Assembly (NCBI GenBank): GCA_030141605.1
Contig: JAQGDQ010002376.1
Location: 416,422 to 480,421 of the forward strand
DNA length: 64,000 nucleotides
Reading direction: 5' to 3'
Source of the DNA: Tubiluchus corallicola
Taxonomy: Eukaryota; Animalia; Priapulida
How positions within the stretch are numbered: position 1 is the stretch's first letter; each line of letters opens with the position of its first letter. Of the stretch, positions 1 through 12,844 are shown piece after piece. The position numbers and the translations under genes are program-made. A model generated the notes under the pieces. That model was not told the DNA's origin, did not search any database, and saw only the letters and a program-made list of their open reading frames with translations.

Positions 1-1149
1 GTAATTTGTACGCATGAAGTGGTACGTCTACACAAAGAATGGCACACATTAACATAATTTTAAACACGGGAATTACAATAATAAAAATTATATTATAATT
101 ATAAAATGATCTATAAAAATGATATTATAATTACATACTCAATACGACACGTCAGTGAGTAAACAAATGCCTTTAACATTTTATTGCACTTGTGATAGAT
201 TGTGTAATAAAAATAAATGTTTTTATAGGTTATCTTACAGATGTATAAAATACGGTAGACCAAGGTCGACACAATATCCTTTGTAAATTCCTTTCATACA
301 AAGTGTGTGTGAACATCTGAATCTGCCTACCTTATCTCAGCCGGTTCATTGTTTTTTGTGGAATCAACCTTGATTATCATCCGTGTTCTAGTCACGCATT
401 AGTAATAAGCTTGGTGTTGAAAACTGGGTTAAGGCGTGCACAGTGTGTCGCATCGCACTATATAAAAAAGAGATCTGACCTACATGTCCTGACAATTTGC
501 AAAGATTCCAGTGATTTTATATTGTTAAGTAGCCCTCTATCAATAACAACGAGTGGGTTTTGATGCTTATTATCCATCTTGTCTGCAGATAAGCGCCTAC
601 GGTGAAATACCCAACGTAAGTTTGCTTTGGATTCTGAAGAGCGTTGGCAGTAAATGCTTCCATGCACATTTCATCTGCGTAGATAAGCTGATTGACGCAC
701 ATAACAACAAAATATCCTATTTTAAATTCAGTAATTGTTAATTATTAGATGAGTTAAAATACAGGCGACATTTTACTGCCTTGTCTTGAACCATTTGTAA
801 CTCTAAAATTATTTCAAACGACATTTTCCCCTCTGACGGACACATTTTTTGCAACATATCGCGCACAAAAATTTTGATTTTAATTACTATAAATTTAGTT
901 TTAACATCATTTTAATTTGATTAGTCTAGTTTGCCTTTTAGTGTGTTTTGTCTTCAATGCTTCAAGGCTGTTACAATGAGTACTAAGTAATCATATTAAA
1001 AACTGCATTGATTTTAGTGTGAGCGATCTAACATTGGAAATTCAGAATTTGGTTGGCCAGTTATAAGCGATAGAGCTATAAGAGTTTAGACGACTGCCTG
1101 GACCACTGGGGAGTACAATGGCCTACTGGTCTAAGGCATCTGCCCTAGA

Positions 1150-2918
1150 AGTGCTCTCATGCTCTCATTATTAACAGGACTTAAGGGTAACAAAGCCCCT
1201 GGTGCAGATGGTGTCAGTAATTTTTTTTGTTCAAATTGCCAGTTCCGTCATTTCCAAGCCATTAACTTTAATATATAGTCAATCATTTAATACTGGTATT
1301 TTTCCTGAACAGCTTAAACTCACTAAAGTAATTCCTGTTTATAAATCAAATAATAAAGCTAAGTTATCTAATTATCGACCAATTTTGCTATTAAGTGTTT
1401 TTTCTAAAATACTTGAAAAAATCGCATTTAATCAACTGTCCTATTTTCTTCTACAAAACAAAATTTTATATGACCATCAATTCGGTTTTCGTAGAATCGC
1501 ATTCAACAGCATTAGCATTAATTAAAATAACTAATAAAATTGCAGAGGCGGTTGATAATGATCGGTATGTCTGTGGTCTGTTTATAGATTTATCAAAGAC
1601 ATTTGATACGGTAAATCATTGTATTGTTCTAGACAAATTGCATTATCATGGTATAAGACATTCAGCTCAATCATGGTTCAAAAGTTATCTTTGTGATCGT
1701 CTCCAGTATGTGGAATTAAATGAATGTAAATCCAATACACTTCCAATTAAGCACGGTGTTCCCCAAGGTTCTACTCTAGGGCCACTTTTATTTCTTCTAT
1801 ATATAAGTGATATGCCACTAAGTTGCTCAAATTTAATCTTCAGACTTTTTGCAGATGATACAAACATTTTAAGCCATTCAAATATAGATAACTTGGAGAT
1901 TTTATGAATACCCAGTTAAATAAAGTATCAGAATGGCTGAATGTAAATAAACTCTCACTGAATAATATAAATCAAATTTCATGATTCTAAAAAAAAGGAG
2001 AACACCATCAAGAAATATCACCACAGTTCTTAGTAATGTTACTGTTGAAAAAAGTCACATGTTAAATATTTGGTAATATTTCTTGATGAGCACCTAGACT
2101 GGAAGTACCAAATAAGTATAATAAAGGAAAAATTGAGTAAAACCTTGGGAATCATCTATAAATTAGCAAGTTTATTAATAGAGAAACATTGATGAAAATC
2201 TATTACAGTCTAGTTTACCCATATCTAATATATGGCGTCACGTCTTGGGTGGTGTGTATAAACGTAATCTGGAAGCTTTACAAATTACTCAGAACAAATT
2301 TCTCAAACTAATATATCATGTAAGGTATGACCATCCCTCAAATATAATTTACTTGTCTGTTAAAACTCTTAAAGTGAAAGAAATATATGACATGTATTGT
2401 CTTCATTTCATGTATCAACATCATAATTCACTACTTCCACCAGCTTTCAGTCATACTTTAGTCCAGTTTCAAAGCAACATGGTCATTACACAAGATAGTC
2501 TGTCGGAAACTATGTACTCCCTCTTCCAAAAACAAATATAATGAAATAGTAATCAAAATATGACGCTATTTAAATATGGTCATCAATTCTGCGTGAAATG
2601 AAAACTTAGTCTTTATCAATTTAAAAAAGCATCAAATAATTACTTACTACAACGGTTATAATTAATTCACAATTTTACTCATCCTGATCTTAAGTTACTA
2701 ATAAAACTTTTTTGTTCTAATGTACTACTATGAAAATACTATGTAATGTTAATTGCCAATTGTTTCACTTATCTGGAGGAGAACTCGAAAGCTTAATGCT
2801 CCTTCCTCTTCCTCACAGTAACTCGTTTAGTTTATAATTCTTTTCAGTGTAATAACAATTTGTATGTATGTTTATGTGTTGCTGTGGAATAAATTCATAT
2901 TATTCATATTATGATTCA
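1150..2918 (+). mobile_element. 5'-truncated, frameshifted non-LTR retrotransposon (CR1/L2-group LINE), reverse transcriptase region to 3' tail
   Basis: RT motifs are spread over broken frames: KAPGADG, NYRPILLLSVFSKILEK, QFGFR, DLSKTFDTVNH, GVPQGSTLGPLLFLLYISD, LFADDT, LNVNKLSLN, DEHLDWKYQI, YSLVYPYLIYG. The element ends with AATAAA and short ttcatatta-type tail repeats at ~2888-2918. Confidence 0.9.
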
Positions 2919-3793
2919 TGTAAGGAAAAGCCATCTGATTCAAATTCAGACTATATGCCAACCATTCATATTTCCTGTCTTTCAAGATCAAAGTTAATTA
3001 ATTTTGGGTTTGTACTATTAATATTACGATTATAATGATTAATTAAAACTGCATCTTTGTGTACAGAAAAATTGAAATAATTGAAAATGAAAGTCAAGTT
3101 TGAGGCATCATTGTTCCCATCTTTCTTTTCTTACATTCCCTCTATATAAATTCTATATAAATATTCTACTGAATCCGTTCATTACTAAACAAATATTAAG
3201 CTTTAATCGTTTTTTTCTTAACATGATGGTGACAAATATGTTCCTGGAATTCTGCCTTGTGGGATTGCATGTTTCTCGCTGACAGTTTTATGTTTTCGAT
3301 TTTTCCACAAGCGACTAATATAAAAAAATCAAATACAAAGAAGAGCAGTTGATTTCGCACAGTCTATTAAATTGCTGAACGTAATCGATACATCAATTGT
3401 GTCAAACATTAATTTTGATATAATTTCATATAATTATTAAGTTTCTTATAACTAAAACACCAAGTGCTTTGCCTGCTTTCTCCAGGCGGATTGTTTTTTA
3501 AATTAGTGTGCTATATATGATTGGCTATGCCAGGAGGTTACCAGTGTTTTTGTGATTTTAATAAACTTTTTTCTTATAAGCTATAAGAAAAGTAACTACG
3601 ATTTTGCAAACTTCAGCCAATTAAACAACTATCCTCAAATACACGTATTAATAATCCTAAATGGTGAAACGATGTGCAAAATGATCTTTTTTAAGACTTT
3701 AAAAAGCAATCTATTTGTATTGGCACTGCGCGAAATTTTGCAGAAAAGCAGCCTTCAACATAAATATAAGTATCGAAAAAGACTGGAAGCGAG

Positions 3794-4495
3794 CTAAATG
3801 AGTCTGGAGGGCTACTAAATGTGTCTAAGAAAAGTCTCACATACTAATATGTCTAGCACGGGTCTCCTATATTAAATGAGTCCATGAGGGATTACCCATA
3901 CTAAATGAATCCAGGACGGGTCTCCGATACTAAAGGAGTCCAGGATGGATCTTCCAAACTAAATCAGCCCCGGTTTCTCATACTAAATGAATCCACGATG
4001 AGTCACTCATACTAAATAAGTCCAGGATGAACCTCTCATACTAAATGAGTACAAAATGAGTCTCTTATGCCAAATGAGTCCAGGATTTCTCTTTCATATT
4101 AAATGAGTACACGATAAGTCACTCATACTAAATGGGTACAAGATGAGGCTCTCATATTAAATGTGTCCTGGATAACTCTTTCACACTAAATAAATCCAGG
4201 ATGAGTCTCTCATACTAAGTGAGTCCAAGATGAGTTTTTGATACTAAATGAGTCGAGGATGAGTCTTTTATAATAAATTAGTCAAGGATGAGTCAGTCGA
4301 ACTAAACGAGTCAAAGATGAGCGTTGCATACTAAATGAGTCCACGATAAGTCACTCATACTACATGAGTTCACGTGAGTCTCTCATACTAAATGAGTACA
4401 GGATGAGTCCTTCATACCAAATGAATCTAGGATGTTTTTTATGCTAATTGCGTCTAGGATGAGTCTCTCATACTAAATGAGTCCAGGATGGGTCA
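3794..4495. repeat. Minisatellite, ~29-bp unit, ~24 diverged copies
   Basis: Consensus CATACTAAATGAGTCCAGGATGAGTCTCT repeated head-to-tail, with no unique spacers. Confidence 0.92.
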
Positions 4496-5284
4496 GTGAT
4501 GATAAATGGGATTGAAAATGCGCCTTTTTGGCGATGTAGTGAGATGAGATTGTTATTTAATATGCAGTTATGGTCTTCTTGGTGTTTTGTTTTACAAATC
4601 CTTTTTACACGGGACATGTAAAAAGTGGGACATTGAACAGGAATTAGTGCTAATGTGAAAGGCTTATTATCTCTTAAAAAGTCCTCGGTTTTTTTTTACT
4701 TTTTCAATTTCATTTTTCGTTTATTATTAAGTATAGTTAAAATATCCGTATCTAGTTTATAAAGAATTATCAGGAAATTACTTGATTTATTTTTTCTTTG
4801 GTATCAAGGAACTTAGAAAGTTGTATTCTACAAATACATGTTTTTGGGAATTCGGCCAGGTGCGGCAGCAAACCATTTCCAGGCTTCAGCTCTAGACATC
4901 CGGGTACATCACACCACTGAAGTTTTTTGTACACTTTTCACAATCACGTAACAGATCGCACAAGTTTGTAGAAGGAATAAATCACCAGAAGAAGGTGATT
5001 TTCCTTGCTTCACAAAGAGTCTGACACGTCTTAATTTACAGCCGGTTGAGTTTCTGTTGCTGAAGCCAAAGCTAAGCTTCCATTCATCATTTTATATTCT
5101 ATGAACTACCCGCAGTTAACCAGGATAAAAGAAGCCAAGTAAAATAATGTAAGGAAAGCCGTGCAGTGATTGCAATAATTAAAGATGTGTAATACAATGC
5201 CGAATGCGTGACCGTGAACAAGCAGCACGTTCATGCACATAGAAGGGCTCGAAATAAATTGAATAGAAATCAGTAAAGTGCAGT

Positions 5285-5665
5285 CGTGTTAGGGTGTGCG
5301 ATGATGCAAGCATGATGTGGCGTGAGGACTGCAGCCAGATTAGGGTGGTGCAACAGTGCTGGGATGGTGCAATCGTATTGGGGTGGTGCGACAAAGCAAT
5401 TGTGTTAAGTGGCGCAATGGTGCAATAGCCCTGAGAAGGTGCAACCATGGAATAGCATTGGAGTACGACAGGGAAATTATGGTGCGATGCACTGCAACCG
5501 TATTGGGAAAGTGTGACCATGTAATCTCGAAAGCACAACTGCGTTGGGGTGGTAGTGTAATCACTGCATTGAGTATTGGTGTCGCACCACCGAAATACAC
5601 TTGCAACACACTTGCACTATTGCGCTACCTCAATACCGTTGCGACTATTGCAAATGCTGCACTGT
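5285..5665. repeat. Highly degenerate, relatively GC-rich short-period repeat
   Basis: Recurring ggtgcaa/ggtgcga and gtattggg words. The end of the region carries their reverse complements (ttgcac, caatac). Confidence 0.45.
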
Positions 5666-6929
5666 TATGTACGTCGTAAACACAACACTCTTCAAAACAC
5701 CTATGTTCGTTGAGTGGCAATTAAGGAGATAAAGGCAGATGTCACTGCTTATTTCTCTCGCGCAGTGACATTCATGTTCACATTAGATAGAGCGGTCCCA
5801 GCAAAAAGGAGGGGGCTCCTTCCTGTTAAATTTGGTTATGTAATTAGTCTTTTTAAAAATGCTATAGATAATGCAAAATTTACTAAAGTTGACTACGACT
5901 TTGACTTTTCAGCCTCATCAGGAACTAGCAGTTTAGGGCGAAATTTGAATACATTTTCGCAGAAATCTTTGTTTTGTTTTTAACATGTGTTCACGATGAA
6001 CAGACAAACAGGCAGGTAATGATTGTTGCTGCAAATCTAATCTACTCCCCAATGCCATTAGTGAAGTGAAACGAACGTTCTTCAGTATAATCTTCTCCAA
6101 GTCTGATTTGAAAAAGTTATCATCAGTACAATGTTATAATGCTTTGAGTTTAACAAAAATAGTGTTACGGCATCTAACTTAACAAATGCTTATCGATTTG
6201 CCCTTTTCTCTGCATTATGTAATTTACACAGTTTGACAATGATATGGTTACACATAAAAAGAACTTTTACAAGGCAAACACGCCTGAGCTGTTTATAATT
6301 GATACAGGTTTGCTTTGTTTGTTCCAGAACAGGTGTTGTTCCTAATGGATATTCTCATGGAAGTTGACAGTGATGGTTAAATACAGAGAAACTAAACTGC
6401 AGTTTAAATTGGCGGAAAGGCCGAGCCTTCTGTGAAGTTAGGATTATCTCAATGCTTGCGAAAAATGTTAGAAGGATTTAGTCTATTCTTCCACTAATGG
6501 TCATTCATCGGTTGAAGAAAAGCAGCCCACTGTGAATTCTTGTCACATCATTGGTACTTATGGGAAGCCACAATGCGCTTACGGAAAGTCACGAAGTCCA
6601 CCAGTTGTCAACATTTGGGGATAGGACTTTCAGTGTTTGTGGAGCACATTTATGGAACTGGTTGCCTATGAATCTGAAATTGGCTACAAATGTTAAATAA
6701 TTTAAGAAACTCACTTAAAACTCACCTGTTTCAGCAAGCATTTACGTAATTTTAACACTTTATCATTTTATGCTAGAACTTTTCACTAGTGTGATAACAT
6801 AATTTTTACCGATGATTTTTCTTGTGATAACTTAAAGTAATTTTCAGATTTTAAGTGATTTTCTTTTATTTCTGTACAGCACCACTGATAGTACAGTATG
6901 CCTATAAATAATAAACTGTAAACTGTAAC

Positions 6930-6930
<1 letters not shown>

Positions 6931-7022
<92 letters not shown>
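6931..7022. repeat. Inverted trinucleotide microsatellite (AAT)n-(ATT)n
   Basis: About 17 AAT units directly followed by about 13 units of the reverse complement. Confidence 0.95.
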
Positions 7023-7972
7023 GTATCTGTGACAAATGTTCAAAGATTTTTAACAGTAATACACACTTAAAACTACATGTAATTTAAAGTCAACACTATT
7101 TATTCAGCATTCAGATTTCTCTCCACAACAGGACAAATTTATCTGTACTCTAACACATAATATTACTTCATAACAGTTACATATGACTTAAAAAGCAATA
7201 TATACATGATATTTAGTTCATAAGAAGAAATATACACAACTCTAAAGCAACGTTAATGAAAAAAACTTCAAGTTTGGAGTGACCTCTGTGTAACAGTTAA
7301 ACAAAGTAGGGACAGCAATACACAATTTTTTGGATTGCAAATAACAGAGATTCGCACATGCAGTTTTTCAGTCCACAAAGAGTGGTTCCACAGACCGATG
7401 CCATGTGATTCAACCGCCACTGAGTGGATCTGGTATAAAAAATCAATAATTCTTGCAGCTGAAATGCATTGATTTTAATTTTATTAAGTCCTTTGTGTTC
7501 ACCATACCATTTTTTCGGGGGGTATGACGATAGCAGATGAGCAAATAACGTGCAAGTTTTTGGTGGAAAACTTTTGATTTTCGGCTAACTCATACCCAAT
7601 ATGAAATTCTGAGAAAAATCAGTGTTACGTAAACATATGTAATCATACTAACCATACTTCTCATCATTAATTCACAGCAATATTTCAGGTGTCGGACATA
7701 GAACTTAAACAAGATAGAGATACTGCACACATAGTTGCAATACTACTTACACAAGTTAAACAAGATTGGCTGTAAATTGATAAAAACACTTTTGTTTGAG
7801 CTTAGGGCTTCCAAGCTCACAATTGGTCAGAAAAAATTCTACATTTGATATATACCACATTTTAAAAATAATTATTTATGGTCCTTTGAAACTTAAGGTA
7901 TGTTGAATATTTGCAAGACATATTTACCAATAATGAATTAAAGTTTTTACAAAGTAGTATAAACAGTTCTAT

Positions 7973-10900
7973 CTACTTCTTATATTCTATCCGTTCCACC
8001 TTTACTTCATCACCAATGAGTTGATACACGTAAGTGACAACAGTCGAAGCTTGTATATCCATTAAAACAAATGACGGTGTTACTGTACTGAAATACAAAT
8101 ATAACTATAATAGATATTTGTAAAATTTGTATGACTAAAGAAGTTAAATAAAATAGAGACAAAAAAAATTTTAGTGAAAGCCATTTGTAAGAACGGCAAC
8201 ACTTATGCAGCTAAGAAGACGATGTAAATCTTCTTTCAAGTTATTCTGCAGTGAACACTGACAAACTTTATGCATTCTTAAGGGTTTTAAGTAGCTTAAT
8301 TTTTTGAAACGACCGGAAATCTAAATTCAACAGCTACCAAAAAATTCATTCGACTTTCTCTTGTTACAAGGTCACAAACATACATGCGAAGTTACATATA
8401 ATTTTGTACTAGCATGATTTTCGGCTCTCTTTTCGTGAATTTTAGGCTTTTTTTCCTCAGGCATAAATTGCCTTTTCAAATCGTGCGACGACTTTTGTGA
8501 TACTTATGCAACAGGGCATCAAAATGTTGAAAAATAGTAGCAAAGTCGACGTAGCATTCTCACAAGCATCTCAAAATGTTCTCCAAGTTTTCGCAAATTT
8601 TGAAAGAGTTGGCAAATGTCATAAATAATTGGCGACATATATACACAGGTTTGGAGCATGACCAGACAAAATAACGACACTTTGGAGAAATTTTGGAAAG
8701 GTGGAAAGTTTTGCAACTCAGTAACAAACCTTAAACATTTTAAAAAATCCTACCAAATTGCCTACGACCTTTTGGAGACATTAGCATGTTTGGCGACCAT
8801 GTGGGAACTTTTGGCACTTCTGTTCAGTGACTGTTGGACTTAGAAATTTTCGGACAGTCGCCAAAGTTGCGAAAACTGTGAAACCTAGGCTTCAACAAAA
8901 TAAAATTAGTTACCTATCCGAGGGATTATATGCTCCTGTGGCAGTACCGGGGTTGATATAAAATTTGCCTTCATGTTCAAATGCCTCGAACTTGTGGGTG
9001 TGTCCGCTAATTAAAATATCAACGTCAAGCTGTCTCTGTAAGAAAATTGATAATTAATATGGAAGTTCACAACGAATGGAACAAATGACAAGGTAAATAA
9101 CTGCTACAGTTTAAAATGTTACTAGAAAGTCGTAAATTATTTCTTTCAGTAAAAGCGTACTATAGTTATACATGCAAGTCATTTTGTACACTTACTTTTA
9201 TTAATGCTCGAGTATTCTTCAAAATATTAATAAGCCAATTAATTTGTTAACCAATTAATTAATCTAAGCAAGTAACTAATTAAAAAATTAGTGCTTTGTA
9301 TTTAAAATTTTTGCAAAACCCACATTCTAACGATTACGATAGCATTAAGCACATTGCTAAGTATTCAAAACACGAATGTTTGAAAATCAAAAGTACATCA
9401 TTTATATACAATGTACTTTGCAATGTACAAATATATCTGTTGTACTGGACTTTTTCTATCATCATTATTACAGTTTTCTAGAAATATCTACCTTGGCTAT
9501 TTTAAGTGTTTTCTGATGCCATCAGGGCTAATTCATTCAATCAAGAATCGATCTGACCAAAATTAAAACCTCATTGCTTTCCAAATAATAGGCTGATGCT
9601 ATCACAAGTGATAGACTAGTAACATATGCACTATATGCAGAAACAAAGTTTGTACAGAAGCCTACATATGTAGATCACTACTATGTATAATGCACATTTT
9701 GGGTGTAGTATCAGGAACTACTTTAACTATAAATCTTAACAACCTTTGCAGCATATGCAGTTGTCCTCTTCTCTTCAGTGTATTATAAAATAATGTAATA
9801 AGGGCTTGAAAGATGCTATACCTACCAGGACAATATGTCACTCAATTTCTTAGTGCGTAGAATATCTTAAATTGCAATTAGCCTTTTCACAGTTTCAGCG
9901 ATTGATGAAGATTGTGAAACAGTCAAAGGGTAAGTGAACCTAACAAAGTTATCTGAACCAAACAACGCATTTGCTTACACTTGACAACACCTTGAGGCCC
10001 ATGCTGTTGTAGCAGCAGTTCTTGGCATCAATATTTGTTTCCCTTATTTCATTAAACATGGATTGTTGCTGCTATTTTGTTAGGTGTTTTCATATAAGAA
10101 TAAAATGCTAGTTTAAAACTATACACGTGTAGTATATAATAAAAATAACCATGTATTTCACCAGTTTCACCTACATATTGACACATGCATAAGGTCATGT
10201 GACCGTTGCAGTTAAGTAAGATGCTCTGGGTCCAGTTAACTTTTGATGTACAGTAACTGGGTGCGCACATAGCGAAACAGTGAAAAGGCTTATTGCCATG
10301 AACTAATTGATATGTAGCCGGGTTTGAGGTTAGAGGTGCTTGAAGCCCAAACCTTGATCAGGTTCCTCTCAATGACTTCAGATGTGGTGTGGTAGTGTGC
10401 GGTGTGGATAAGGTGTGTGGCTCAACGAGTTTGCAGTTGTTTTGATTCAATTACATTGAAAACCACTTAACTAGTATCATAATTGTATTGTTGTTATAAT
10501 TATGAACAGCAATTTATTATTTCAAAAATACCGAATGCATTGACTCATCAGTTCTTTAAGCAGATGATCCAGAAACATCATTTTTCTGCTCCTTGAAAAC
10601 GGGTCCCTAACAACTAAATTAACACCAAGCCAGGAATAAACAAACAAATGAAATGAATATAATTTTGGGTATAAATTTTAGTTTTATTCCTACCTGAATT
10701 ATTGCTAAACTTTCTGTATCACCCCACGGCACGACTTGATGTCCATGACAGAGGCCAATCCTAAACTGACCTACAGTCACCACTTTCTGTTCAGGATAAT
10801 TCAAATTCTGAAAAAAGATATTCGTCAAATTGTCACTATAGCTGGTTAAATAGTAATGACTTAGAGACTCTGAGATTAGAATATATAGATAATAAAACAG

Positions 10901-11574
10901 TACAGAAGACAGTAAAATAATGTTAGGCAAAAAGCTATACTGTTTGTTAATTCGCATCGTAAATTTCGAACATACCTCGTCAAAATCACCTCGTACTACA
11001 TGAACATCACTAGCAAGTGTTTTCAAGTAATCAAAAGACTCCTTTGTGCACAGATTACCCGTGCAAAGAATGTGCTGAATCTTTCCAGGAACTAGTAGTT
11101 TCTTGAACTTTTGAGGTAGACTGTTGCATCGATGTGGAATGTGCAGGTCTCCTAATACCAACACCAACTGAAATGTTAAAAACACATTTTGCACCAGTAA
11201 TAATAATAATTATCATGTACTAATTATTATAATATTAATAATAATTATTATGTAAGAAGAATAGTGGTACTGTTCTTCTGATCAAAAAAGAACTCACTGC
11301 ACACAAGTTCATCTGGAAAGTATTGACTCTGTGTGAATGTACTTAAATTACATCACAGATAAAACTGAGAACTTGAGTGATTTACCATCTTAGTGGTGCT
11401 AACGGTAAATAACATCTGTGGCTAATCTCAAGATTTTTATGTATCACTACTAGCTGGTGCTAAAAAAGGCCGCGGGCGATAGTACTTTTAATATAATTTT
11501 TTTAGAAAATAAGGCACATGTGAACAAAATATAATTAAAACAGGCGAATTATCTAACTAAAATAAACTCACCAT
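7973..11574 (-). CDS. VPS29: Vacuolar protein sorting-associated protein 29 (retromer subunit), 5 coding exons, 181 aa
   Basis: Exons (minus): 11574-11572 (ATG only), 11167-10976, 10807-10694, 9035-8914, 8087-7973. All introns are GT-AG with consistent phases, 546 nt in total. Protein: [41 protein letters not shown]...[29 protein letters not shown]...[36 protein letters not shown]...[34 protein letters not shown]. Confidence 0.97.
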
Positions 11575-12844
11575 AATTAAAAACGTTATAACGTTCAGTC
11601 GGTAGAGAACACGTTATGCTGTATGAAAACACCCACGTCTAACGTAACAGTGTTGCCGTCAAAATATCGTTTTCTCGCCAAATCATAACTAAAACGTCGC
11701 CAAGTTTGGCCAAAATTTGGCCAAAATTTTAAACAATCATAAAAACTTTCAATATAAAAAACAACATATTAATTTCTTCGTGTCTTTTTCTGCGTAATAT
11801 TTGTGCAGACTGCGTTACAAAAAATAATGAAATAGTTAAATAAAAAAAATTGATAAAAGACAGACGTGCTGTATATACCTATTGAAGCTGCAGCAAAATT
11901 AAATATTGAAAGAATACTGACTTCAATATTAATTGATTATTAACATTTTCATTCATTGAATTTCTATTTCGAACGGAAATATTCATAAATTATTTCTATT
12001 AAAACACTTGGATTGCAACAACTTAACTGTTTTACAGCAGATATATAATATAGCTGGTGTATCCTGTATGTCAACGACAGTGAACATCTCATCTGATGTC
12101 GGAATGATTTATGTAGTAAACGATCCAAATCTAGATGCCAACTTTTCTGTTTGAGAATTAACTGAAACTATAAATAGATTATTTTAGAGTCTGTACTATA
12201 TTTATTGCCCCCAGTAGGCATCGTTCAATATGCAATAGCATACATTCCTAAAGTGAATCGTAATTATGTGTAACAGAGTTCTAAAATTAAGGTAGATAGG
12301 TTGCACTAGATTATTAATGTTCTGTGTCTATCTGACAGATAGTGTAGACACAAAGGAAACAACAATTGAGTTGCATTACTTTTTTATTCGTACTGAATTG
12401 TTATACAATTGAGCCAAAGTAAAATTTATTTCACTCTAACTTAGTCGAACTCAAGTTTCGAATAGCTTCTTTCTCAAAATGTATTATAGCCTTAACCTCC
12501 TAACTCTAGCAATTAATAAAAATCAATAGAATCGAACAATCAATTAAATAGCGCTAAAAGAGGCTAATTACCTAATATTACCTACTTGGCAATACTTGAA
12601 GAAAGTTGTGAAATTGAACTATAGATGGCGCAAACGTTGCAAACACAGAGCTCATTGCTCACTGGGTACAGTACGATTATCGTACACTTTATTGATTTAG
12701 AAATTTGTCAGTGTATGTCTTTACGTCGTGTCTTGTTGTCAATAATTACATCGTTTTCTTGTGTACTTTAGCAAAAGTTTTATGTAATTAATCCATTATC
12801 TGGGATCTTCTGGTGTTGTGTGTATCTTGCTGTATGCGACAAAA
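11575..12844. promoter_or_regulatory. Intergenic region with the divergent promoters of VPS29 and the SEC14-like gene
   Basis: The two start codons point away from each other 1.27 kb apart. A CTATAGATGGCGC motif (CTCF/YY1-like) lies at 12619-12631. Confidence 0.6.

Noticed and set aside
3794-4495. CRISPR-like appearance of the 29-bp array (also the 30-bp array at 22981-23575)
   Set aside because: Units are head-to-tail with no unique spacers, there are no cas genes, and the context is eukaryotic.
6786-7043. Poly-Ile and poly-Asn/Tyr ORFs
   Set aside because: They are translations of the (AAT)/(ATT) microsatellite.
10619-11194. The 191-aa ORF as the full VPS29 protein
   Set aside because: It joins exons 2 and 3 through an open intron plus flanking intron sequence. 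The spliced 5-exon model gives the canonical protein.
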